A stretch of 64,000 bases of DNA from Mobula birostris (lineage: Eukaryota), in NCBI RefSeq assembly GCF_030028105.1, contig NC_092377.1, positions 29,880,782 to 29,944,781 on the forward strand, written 5' to 3'. Position 1 is the stretch's first letter, and every line of letters starts with the position of its first letter. Shown one piece after another: positions 12,001 to 24,100 of this stretch. The notes beneath the pieces were generated by a model. That model ran no database searches and was not told the origin of the DNA. It saw only the letters and a list, made by a program, of their open reading frames with translations. Position numbers and translations under genes: made by a program.

Positions 12001-15000
12001 AACATATTTGGCAGGAATTTCACTACTTAGCCTGGTAGCAGCTAAAGAATACCAAACATTAAAAGAGTTTGAAAATCCCCAAAAAATAGGATTCCACATG
12101 GGAGAAGCAGGTACTGAGTCCTCATGGTTATTCCAAATCTTCCTAGTGAATGCCAGAAATTGGGAATTGTGACAACAATAACCTTTGTGACATGGAAAGA
12201 CAAGCAAAGTGACTAAATGGTTATAAAACTTTGCAGCAAACAGAAAATCAGTCACCTACCTCCTCATCCTCCAGTACTGCATCAACTTCAACATCTATTG
12301 CCCTGTAATAAGAAACATGAAGATAATTTCAATTGAACATCCAGAAGCACCTTAGTCATAATTAATTTTTATTTTGTTTACTCTGATTTTCTCCCATTTT
12401 CATGCTTTAAAGCTGTGAACTGACAAATAAATGCTGGGAGTCCTGTTGAAGGGTCTTGGCCTGAAACTTCAACTCTTCATCCTTTTTCATAGATGCTGTC
12501 TGACCTGCTGAGTTTCTCCAGCATTTTGCGTGTGTTGCTTTGGATTTCCAGCATCTGATTTTCTCGTGTTAATAAATGGTGGGATCTGGTTCTATAGGCC
12601 CTAGCAACTCTCCAATGTTTCACTCAAAGACAGGTCTCAGTCAGAAACTGCTTGTAGACTACTTCATTCTGGTAGCAGTTCAGGCACCCCAAGTTCTACA
12701 TTCAGCCAGGATCTGGGGAATGGTCAAAAAGGAAGCAAAGGAAACTTTGCCTCCTCTACAGCTGTAGAGATTGATTACTTCAGCAATGAAAAGAAATTTC
12801 TTGACTGTGAAGACCATGTATTATGTGAAATAGAAATGAGAGGAAGCTTGGCCAAACGCATTCATGGCATGCAATTTAATTCTATCCTGCATATTCAAAA
12901 AAGATCCTGCTTCACATATTCTTTAATTATGTAACTGTGCCAGTTGTTATACCAGCACAGAGAACATTTCCATCCAGTGGACTGGTAGAGGGACGGATAA
13001 AGGTGTCATAATGAAAAACAAAATGGCAGCATCACTTCCCAAACGTGCCCTTTGAAAGGTAAATTACCATCAGTGGTTACAGCATCTTCTAGTTTAAAAC
13101 TCCTTGACTTGTGTTTTTACTACTTACCGTACTTCAGCTTGTTTCTCCGTAAATACACGGATTGCAAAGTCTCCATTTTTATTTGGCTCAAAAGTGGATG
13201 GTACAATGAAGTATTGTCCAGGTGGAAGAGCGTGTCGGTTCATGACCTCTCGCAGGTTGATGAAGGTTTCTGATCTAGCACGGGACGCATGGGTCACGAA
13301 AAAGTCCCTCCTCAGCTGAATATTAGTTTGGCCTTCATACTAATTTGTAGAAAGAGAGAAAAAAATGACTTGTCTATGTTTTTTGAAATACCATTTCAGC
13401 ACAGCATGTAAAATATCTCACATTTAAGATACGGGCTACAATCTGCAAGTCATCAGTATAATACATCAATCTACAATGACAGCATCACAAACAGACAAGA
13501 AACAGAACAGTACAGAAGATGGGCCACATCCCTATCCTTCTCATTGTTTAGATTTGTCTTCTGTTGCACTGGAAAGCTGAATTAGAGATGGACAAGAAAA
13601 TGCCAATTTTCATCCAATTTTTGTTACAAATGCATGCACTGGACTGTTTTAGCAAGAAACTACATAGCATCCAAGGAGTTGACTTTTATTGCAGAATACT
13701 GGATTAAAAGACAAAAACATGGCATTTATGGTGCAAACTTTATTTCATCAGAACATCCCATAGTACTTTACAGTCTACAGCATACTTTTTTTTTGTAATA
13801 TAATTTTTATTGAATTTTCAAAAGGAATACATGAAAAAATAGAATCTACCCTCCCCCCTCCCCTTAACCCTCCCCCCCCCATATATAGTCCTACCTAAAA
13901 AGAAAGAAAGAAAAAAGAGAGAAAGGAAGAACCGCCTGGATATTGGAAGGTTTCCACATGCTCCATGGGATTCAAAATAAATTTGGTATAATTATTCGTT
14001 ACTTTCCCCAAGTGACCAAAGTCTTTATTGGAGCACTTAAATATGCCATCCTATCTTTTGTAAATAAGGGCGCCAAATATTCAAAAATGTTACATATTTG
14101 TCTCTTAAATTATAAGTAATTTTTTTGAGTGGAATAGAACTAGCCATTTCATTATTCCAACGATCCATACTTAAATACGAATCAGATTTCCAAGTAACTG
14201 CTATAGTCTTTTTAGCTACTGCCAATGCAATTTTTATAAATTCTTTCTGATATTTATTCAATTTAAGTTTCGGTTTTATCCCTTCAATATCACCTAATAG
14301 AAATAATACAGGGTTATGTGGAAGTTGAGTTCCAGTAATTTGTTCCAATAAGATTCTTAAATTTATCCAAAAGGGTTGAATTTTAAAACAAGACCAAGTA
14401 GAATGTAAAAAAGTACCAATTTCTTGATTACACCGAAAACATTTATCAGATAGATTTGAATTTAATCTATTTATTTTTTGCGGTGTAATATATAATTGGT
14501 GTAAAAAATTATATTGTACTAATCTAAGTCGAACATTTATTGTATTTGTCATACTGTCAAGACAAAGTCTTGACCAATTTGTTTCATCAATATTAATATT
14601 CAGATCTGTTTCCCATTTTTGCTTTGACTTATGGGTTCCTTGTTTAATTGTCTGTTCTTGAATCAAATTATACATACAAGAAATAAATTTTTTAATTTTC
14701 CCTTTTTGTATTAAAATTTCAATTTCATTAGGTTTTGGCAAAAACATTGTTTGACCCAGCTTACCTTTTAAGTAAGCCCTTAATTGAAAGTAACAAAAGA
14801 AAGTATTATTAGATATTTTATATTTATCCTTTAATTGTTCAAATGACATCAATATACCTCGTTCAAAACAGTCTCCTATAAATTTAATCCCTTTTTGGTA
14901 CCAATTATATAAAAGTTGATTGTCCATTGTAAAAGGAATAAGTCTGTTTTGGAACAAAGGCTTCCTTGCTAATAGAGATTTCTGTGTTTCATTATCAACA

Positions 15001-18000
15001 TTTATCTTATTCCATAGATCAATCAAATGTGTTAATATAGGAGATTCTTTCTTTTCCCATATCAATTTAGATTCCCATTTATATATAAAATCTTCAGGTC
15101 TATTTTCTCTTATCTTGTCTAGTTCTATTTTAATCCATGCTGGTTTTCAATCATCCAAGAAAGATGCAATAAATCTAAGTTGATTTGCTTTATAATAGTT
15201 TTTAAAGTTTGGAAGTTGTAACCCTCCTAACCCAAATTTACATGTCAATTTTTCCAATGATATTCTTGACATTTTACCTTTCCAAAGAAATTTTATCACA
15301 CATTTATTTAACTCTTGAAAAAATTTCTGTGGCAATTGTATTGGTAATGTTTGAAACAAATACTGTAATCTAGGAAATATATTCATTTTTACAACATTGA
15401 CTCTACCTACTAATGTTATTGGTAATATCATCCATTTGTCAAGATCTTCTTGAATATTTTTCAATAGTGGTAAATAATTAAATTTATATAAATTTTTTAC
15501 ATCATTATCAAGTCTTATACCTAAATACTTTATACCATTTACCGGCCATCTAAATTGGGTTACTAATCGACATTGACTATAGTCTCCTTTAGTAAGAGGT
15601 AAAATTTCACTTTTATCCCAATTTATTTTGTAACCTGATACCTTCCCATATTCATCCAATCTAGAAGATAATTTATGTAACGAATGTTGTGGGTTTGTTA
15701 AATAGATCAAAACATCATCAGCAAAAAGATTAATTTTATATTCCTCCTGATTAACTCTAAAACCCATAATATCTGGATCAATTCTAATTAGTTCTGCTAA
15801 TTGCTCTATCGCCAATACAAATAAAGCAGGTGATAGTGGACAACCTTGTCTAGTTGACCTTTTTAACTGGAATGGTGTTGAAATTTGAGAGTTTGTCACT
15901 ACTTTAGCTTTAGGGTTAGAATTTAAAGTTTTAATCCAATTTATAAAAGATGTTCCTAACCCATATTTTTCTAGTACTTTAAATAAAAAATCCCATTCTA
16001 ATCTATCAAATGCTTTTTCTGCATCCAAAGCTACTACTATACTCTTCTCATCCCTTTTTTGTGCCAAATGAATTATACTGAGTAGCCAGGTTACATTATC
16101 TGCCAATTGTCTATTTTTAATAAATCCTGTTTGATCCTTATGTATTAATTTTGGTAAATATTTAGATAATCTATTCGATAAAATTTTTGCTATTATTTTA
16201 TAATCCGTATTCAATAAAGAAATAGGCCTGTATGATGTTGGTTTCATAGGATCTCTCTTTTTTTGGCAATACTATTACAATTGCTGTTGAAAAAGATTCT
16301 GGAAGTTTATGTATTTTTTCTGCTTGACGTATTAGTTCCATAAAAAGAGGAAATAATAAATCTTTAAATTTTTTTATAAAATTCAGGTGGAAAACCATCT
16401 TCTCCTGGAGATTTATTACTTTGGAGTGATCCTAAAGCTTCTTCAACTTCTTTTAATGTAAAAGGCATACCTAATCCCTTCTGTTCTTCCAAATTCAATT
16501 TTGGAAGAGAAACTTGTGATAAAAACCTTTCTATCTCGTTAACATCATTTTGGGATTCTGATTGATATAATTCAGAATAGAAATTTTTAAAGGTTTCATT
16601 TATTTCAAGAGGTTTATAAGATATTTTATTTGCCCTTGTTCTAACTGCATTTATTGTTTTGGAAGCTTGTTCTGTTTTCAACTGCCAAGCAAGAATTTTA
16701 TATGCTCTCTCACCTAACTCATAATACCTTTGTTTAGTTCTTATAATTGCTTTTTCCATTCTATATGTCTGAAGCGTATTATACTGTAACTTCTTATTGA
16801 CAAGTTGTTTTCGTTTTTCTTCTGACATATATCTTTGAGATTCTTTTTCTAATTTTGTAATCTCTTTTTCCAATTGATCTAGTTCTACCATATATTCTTT
16901 TTTAATTTTAGACGTATAACTTATTATCTGGCCCCTAAGATATGCTTTCATTGCATCCCATAATATAAATTTATCATCCACTGAATGAAAATTTGTATCC
17001 AAAAAAAATTGAATCTGTTTTTTCATAAAATCACAAAAATCTTGATGTTTTAATAATGTTGAATTAAATCTCCATCTATAAGCCACTTCTTCCTTATCAG
17101 CCATTATTATTGTCATTAATAAAGGGGAATGATCTGATAATATTCTTGCTTTATATTCCATATTTTTCACTCTGTGTTGAATATGCATTGATAATAGAAA
17201 CAAATCTATCCTTGAAAAAGTTTTATGTCTATGGGAGTAGAACGAATAGTCTCTTTCTTTAGGATTGATTCTTCTCCATATATCAATCAGGTTTAAATCC
17301 TTCATCAATGATAAAGTTAAATTTACTACCTTCGATTTTATAACAGCCTTGGTTGATCTATCTAAGACTGGGTCTAAGCAAAAATTAAAATCTCCTCCAA
17401 TTAATATTTTTTCATGCCAAATTCAGAAACGCTTCTTGTATGAATTTTGCATCATTTTCGTTTGGTGCATAAATATTCATAAAAGTCCATAGTTCAGAAA
17501 AAAGTTGACAATGTATAATCACATATCTCCCCGCAGAATCAGTTATTACATTTTGTATTCTAATTGGTAATGTTTTATTGATCAAAATTGCTACTCCCCT
17601 CGCTTTTGAATTAAATGAAGCCGCAACAACACTACCCACCCAATCTCTCTTTAGTTTCTGATGTTCTGTTTCCGTTAGGTGTGTTTCCTGTAAAAAAGCT
17701 AAATCTATCTTCATTTTTTTAATATGTGTTAAGATTCTTTTTCTTTTCACTGGTCCATTAAGCCCGTTAACATTAAAACTCAAAAAATTCAATAAATTAG
17801 TGTTTATTCTTAACAAAGTTACTCCAATCTAAAACATTATTTATCTTCTCAACTCTCATAGTTCCTTGGGGAATCTCTTTAAACTTCACCATGTTGCTAT
17901 GTGTCTCCCTCCCAACCTTCCAGGCAGAAAGAAAAAAGAAGATAGAAAAAAAACAAAAAAAGAAAAAACAAAATACCCCCCCACTAATGTTGTGAATGAA

Positions 18001-18113
18001 AGGATACACAACACTACCCCCCTCCATTTTACGGGTCGTGGCAAAAGCCACGCTTGCACACATGACTAGCGCAGCAATCGATCAGTGCTTCTTCCAGCTC
18101 CCCCGCAACAAAA

Positions 18114-18152
<39 letters not shown>

Positions 18153-21100
18153 TAGACAAAATTAGTATTACTATTCCCAACTAATATTCCTCCAGTTTTA
18201 ACCTTTCTTACTCCCCTCGTATAATTAATAATGCATTTATACATTCATCCAGCTTCAAAAATCCAACAAGTCCATTCTTTAAGCGAATCTTCATCTTCAA
18301 TCTATCTCGCTCTCCTGGGTTTGTTCTTGTATCTGGTGAATATTCAGAGAATCTCGCACAAACTGCTCTGCTTTCTGGTAGTCATCAAAAAATCTTTTTT
18401 CTCCACCAGGCAAAAAAATCTTCAAGGTTGCAGGATAACGCAGTGTAAATTGATAACCATGATCCCATAGGGTTTTTTCCCACTGCGTTAAATTTCTTCC
18501 TTCTCTTCAAAAGTTCGTAACTTATATCAGGGTAGAAAAAACTTTGTTCCCTTTAATTATCAATGGCCCTTTTCTATCTTTGGCAGCTCAAGCAGCTGCC
18601 TGTAGAATCCTTTCCTTGTCTTGAAATCTTAAGAATTTTATTAAAATCGATCATGGATATTGGTCATCTTTTGGTTTTGGTCTTAAAGCTCTATGTGCCC
18701 ACTCAATTTCAATTGGTCGAACCTCCTCTTCCATTTGCAAAACATCCAGGATCCATCTTTGAAAAAATTCTATTGGTTTATCTCCCTCCGTACCTTCTTT
18801 AAGACCAACAATTTTAATATTATTACGTCTGCTAAAATTTTCCAACATGTCCACTTTCTCCAAGAGTCGGTTTCTTTCCGAATTCCAGACAAGCAGATCA
18901 TTTTCTGTTTTTTCCACTCTATCATTCATATGCCCCATTGCTCTTTCCATCTTCTGAAGCTTCTTATCCATTTTGTCCTGTCTTGTCATAACTTTATCAT
19001 AGCACATCTTCGTATCTCTAAGCTCTTCTCTTACTTTTCTTAATTCAGCTGTTAACTGCAATATAGCCTCTCCCATATCTCTATCATCTCCTTTGCTTCC
19101 AATCGCTTCCAATTCTTCCTCCTCTTCTTCATCTGTGTTCTCTGCAGAATCCAATTCTGACTCTGAGTCATTTTCAATTGCAGTGGCTATCGGTTCTTGT
19201 AGTTTGCGTTGTGTCGATTTGCGCATGCGCTCTTCTTTGCGCCTGCGCATTTCTGGTGTCTTCTTCGAAGAAGCCGTTACCACCACCATTGCTCCCTGTT
19301 CTACCGAAGGAGATCCAACCTGAGTCCGAGGCTCCATCGTTGCAGTAGGCCCTTTTTTCTTCCCATCCCGCGGCTGCTTTGCAACAGCAGACTTCTTTTG
19401 TTGCGGTTTAGGAGGCATATCGTAAAGTAGTCTTACAAAGTTTATAAATAGTTTTCAGAAAATATTTACTAACTTTGTTTTGTTTAAACGGTACTTTACT
19501 GATTTGTTGCAGGAGAGCTGGATTTACACGTCTCAATCCCACGCCATCACGTGACGCCCCCAGCATACTTTTGAATTAAGCCCATCAGATATAGGAGCTG
19601 AATTGGGCCATTTGGCCCAATAAGTCTGCTCTGCCATTTCATTATGGCTGATCCAATTTTCCTCTCAGCCCCAATCTCCTGCCTTCTCCCCATATCCCTT
19701 TATGCCCTGACTATTAAATATACCCAATGACTTAGCCTCCAAGTCATTGTATTAACTCTATTAACACAGGAAAGAGATTGAACAAACACAGCAAATTCGG
19801 AAATCAATAAAGCTTGAATAATCACAGGAATATTGGGAATACTATTTAAAAAATAGTATTCCAAATATTCCTGATAGTTTAGTGAAATCATTAAATGTAG
19901 AACATAATGTTGGATTGTCATGCTAAAAGGTGGTTTTCTCAGCTGTAAATAATACAGCTTGTCTGATGCATGATTCCATTCAACAAAACAGAATTCTAGT
20001 CCCCAGTGAAACTCACTGGTTTCTTCTCACCCCTTACAAGGATACAAATTGCAAGGACACAACACCAACTGTTACAGAATAGAGACCATCAGATCCCCCC
20101 CTCATGCACTGTCTGGCTCATGACACAAGGCGTGTTACTGGAAGAAAACCATTTACCTGATCTTCCTTCCGGAGTATCCTGTATAAAAATACTTTAAGTA
20201 TAATAATAATTGAAGAAAAGGTACCAGGTATTGTATACATGGACTTAGCAAGGCCCTGCATGGGAGGTCAGTCGAGAAGGTTCAGTGGCACGGCATTCAA
20301 GATGGGGTAGCAAAATGGATTACACATAGGCTTCGTGGGAGAAGCTAGAGAGTGGTAGTAGATGGTTGTTTCTCTGACTGTACGGCAGTGACTAGTGGAG
20401 TGCTGCAGGGAATTGCGCTGGGTCCGTTGTTGTTTGTCATCTATATCATTGATCTGGACAATAATCTGATTAACTGCATCAGCAAGTTTGCAAATCACAG
20501 CAGGATTGGGGCTGTAGTGGATAGAGAGGAAGACTAGCAGAACTTGCAGTGGGATTGGACCGGCTGGAAAAAGGGGTTGAAGAATGGCAGATGAAATTTA
20601 TTGCAGGGAAGTGCGAGGTATTGCACTGCAGTAGAACCAGCCAGGGTAGATCTTACACAGTGAAAGGCAGGACACTAAAGGAGTACTGTAGAACAAAGAG
20701 ATCTGGGAATACAGGTCCATAATCCATTAAGAGTGGCGTCACAGGCAGATAGAATCATAAAGAAAGCTTTTGGCACACTGGCCTTCATAAATCAAAGTAA
20801 TGAGTACAGGAGATGGGATCTTATGTTGAGGTCATATGAGATGTTGGTGAGGCCTTATTTGGAGTATTGTATGCAATTTTGGTCACCTACCTAGAGGAAA
20901 GATATAAATAAGGTTGAAAGAGTACAGAGAATATTTAAAAGAATGTTGCTGGAACTGGAGGACCTGAGGTATAAGTAAAGATTGAATGGGTTAGCATTTT
21001 ATTCCTTGGAATGTAGGAGATTTGATAGTATATAAAATTATGAGGGGTCTAAATAGGGTAAATGGAAGCAGGTTTTTCCCACCAAGGTTGGGTGTGACAA

Positions 21101-24100
21101 CTAGAGGTCATAGGTTAAGGGTGAAAGATGAAACGTTTAAGGGAAACACAAGGTTAAACTTCTTCACTCAGAGCTGAAATGAGCTGCCAGTGCGAGTGGT
21201 GCATGTGAGCTTAATTCAACATGCAAGAGAAGTTTGGATAGGTACATGGATGGTAGGGGTAGGGAGGCAATGGTCCCGGTGCAGGTCGATGGGAGTAGGC
21301 AGTTTGAATGGTTTGGCACAGACCGGATGGGCCAAAGGGCCTATTTCTGTGTTGTACTTTTCTATGACCATGAAAACACACTTACCATTTCTTCAGCAGC
21401 CCTCTCAGGATCAGTTTGAAGATCAATTGTGCAATATTCAATGAGTTATTATAAACTATCTGAATGGTGCCTACATGTAAAAATCAGATTAAATGTGTAC
21501 CTCTGGAACATAATCCAACGTACCTCATCAGGGACCTGTAAAATAAAAAAGGTAAATGAGCCTAAGGGCCTTCAAAAAAAAGGCTATAAAAACTGCCTGA
21601 ACCATATAAATTGAGCACAACTAAAGTCATGTATTCAAGTACAGAATTAACATGAAATCCATAGAGGTATCTTAATAATATCAGAACAGGGTTTTCATAC
21701 TAAATTGTATTTTACACTGGTGAAATATCAGGACCAATTGATGCAAACACACTTACACTAAGAGCAAATCGGATTGTCTATCATCATCTGTCCCCACGAG
21801 TTGCTCTTTTGTTTTGTATACACCGAGAATAACCTTGATATACAAAACTGCCTCAAAAACCTTTCGTCATTTCACAGAACAGACCCAATTGTTTTGTTCT
21901 ATCATTAAAATGAACAAAACTCAAACCATTCCACCTTTCTTACTATATGTATGAGGAAGTGTCCAAAGATTCAGTGTCCATTTAGGAATCGGATGGCAGA
22001 GGGGAAGAAGTTGTTCCTGAATCACTGAGTGTGTGCCTTCAGTACTTCCTTCCTGATGGTAGCAATCTGAACAAGGCATGACCTGGGTGATGGGGGTAAT
22101 TAATGATCGACGCCGCCTTTTTGAGGCATCATTCCTTGAAGATGTCCTGGATGCTACAGAGGCTAGCGTCCATGATGAAGCTGACGAAGTTTACAACTCT
22201 TTGCAGCTTATTTCAATCCTGTGCAGTAGCAACCCCACTCCTCCCGTACCAGCCAGTATTCCCTTATACTAGCTCTGGTAGATTTTAGCATTATAAACAT
22301 ACTTAGAAGCTAGTCTAGAGATGAATGGGTTTATTCTCAAGACTAGTGTATTACCAACACCACATCATCATGTAGTATTGTGGCCAGAGATAGCCTACTG
22401 TCTTGTCAGCAATGATTTATTGGTACTTCGATCAGTCAGGAAATCCTCAAGAGGCAGTGACTCAAAAAGGTGGCATCCATCATTAAAATACACTCACCAT
22501 TTGGAACATGCTGTCTTCACATTACTACCATCAGGGAGGAGCTACAGGAGCCTGAAGACCTCTGCTGAATGTTTTAGGAACAGCTCGTTTCCCTTCACGA
22601 TCAGATTTCTGAACAGTCCATGAACACTACCTCATCCTTTACACTATTAATTTACTTTTGTAACTTATCATCACTTTTCTGTCTTGCACTGCACTGCTGC
22701 CACAAAGCAACAAATTTCAGCAGATATGAAAGTGTTAATAAACCTGATTCTGAGTTTGAGGGTGGTGGAGGCAGGTACTCCTGCAACACTAGATGCAAAT
22801 TTGAAAGCAAATTCCATAGGTGGCTTTAGGCCAAGTGCTTGGAAGTTTGGAAAAGTTAGTGAGGGCTTCAAAGGTCACAGGGAGAAGGTAGGAGAATGGA
22901 GTTAAGGAGGAATCTAAACCAGCCATGATTGAATGACAGAGCAGACAATGGGCTGAATGGCCTAATTCTGTTCCTATGTCTTTGTTCTAAATGGGGCTAG
23001 TAAATAGGTACTCAGGCAGTGCAAGCACCTTGGACCCTGTTTCTGAGCTATATGACTTCATTCTGGAGATTCGAATGCCAAATAGAACTAACCACTGTCA
23101 TATTTTTGGTACAAAGACAACAACAGATCCCAGATGCTTGATGCCGCATCATCACTGAATAATGGAACCAATAAAATTAGAGAACTATTAAATGAAATTA
23201 AACTTGCAAAGATACAGATTAAGTGCGGGAGTAAACAACAGCACCTTCAGCCCATTCCGTTTTTCAGTATCAACACTAGCAATATCTTTGGTAATTTTTT
23301 TGTGTTGAATTTGTAAATCCCAAAAAGGCATTTTATTGGACTTCCTTCACCTTTTAGTTTATACAGCAATAACAGGCAAAATGTTGAAACTTGCCTCATA
23401 GATAGCAAAGCCTATAGTATGCATGTCCTCTCCCATTTTCCGTTGCCGTCTACGATTTTTCTGAATCACCCCAACTAGAAAACTGCACAACTCATCTTCA
23501 TCATCAGGATCTTCATCTGCTTCATTCAGAACAATCTTAAACTGAGGATTTGTCCAAAATGTCCCTGTGAATGGAAACCAAGAGACATTGATGTTAAGAT
23601 ATGCAACAACTGATGAATGTACACATAACAGAACAACAGAAATTAGTTTCACTTTCCTACTCTGATCTGAAAAATGTCTGGGTAATGTGGGATATGAAGG
23701 CATGATTATTATGTACTGAGATAGACTAACAATCCAGAGAACTGGATTATCAATCTGGAGCCACAAGTTCAAATTCTGCCATGGAAAAAGGGAAACATTT
23801 CTGCAGATGCTGGAAGTCCAGAGTAACACACACAGAATGCTGGAGGAACTTAGCAGGTGAGGCAGCCGCCATGGAAAGAAATAAAGACTCGATGTTTCAG
23901 GCTGAGACTCTTCATCAGGATTCGAAAGAAAGGGGAAAGGAACTAGAGTAAGGTGGTGGGGTAGGAGTATGAGCTAGAAGGTGACAAGTGTTGCCAGATG
24001 CGGGCGAAGGTAGGTGGGTGAGGGAGGGGGGATGAAGTGAGGTAATGAGTGGAAAGGGGAAAGGGCTGAAGAAGGAATCTGATTGGAGAGGAAAGTGAGC

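Larger units (their letters stand above)
13790..19560 (-). mobile_element. Full-length L1-clade LINE (~5.8 kb), inactivated
   Basis: 12-bp TSD cagcatactttt at 13778-13789 and 19561-19572; GC-rich 5' end GGGGCGTCACGTGATGG; AATAAA (13811-13806) and A-tail; ORF1 and ORF2 (EN, RT, CCHC-like end). Confidence 0.95.

Noticed and set aside
14037-19418. Active L1 or domesticated host gene
   Set aside because: ORF1 has in-frame TGAs and ORF2 is broken into four pieces; plus-strand ORFs here are antisense shadows.
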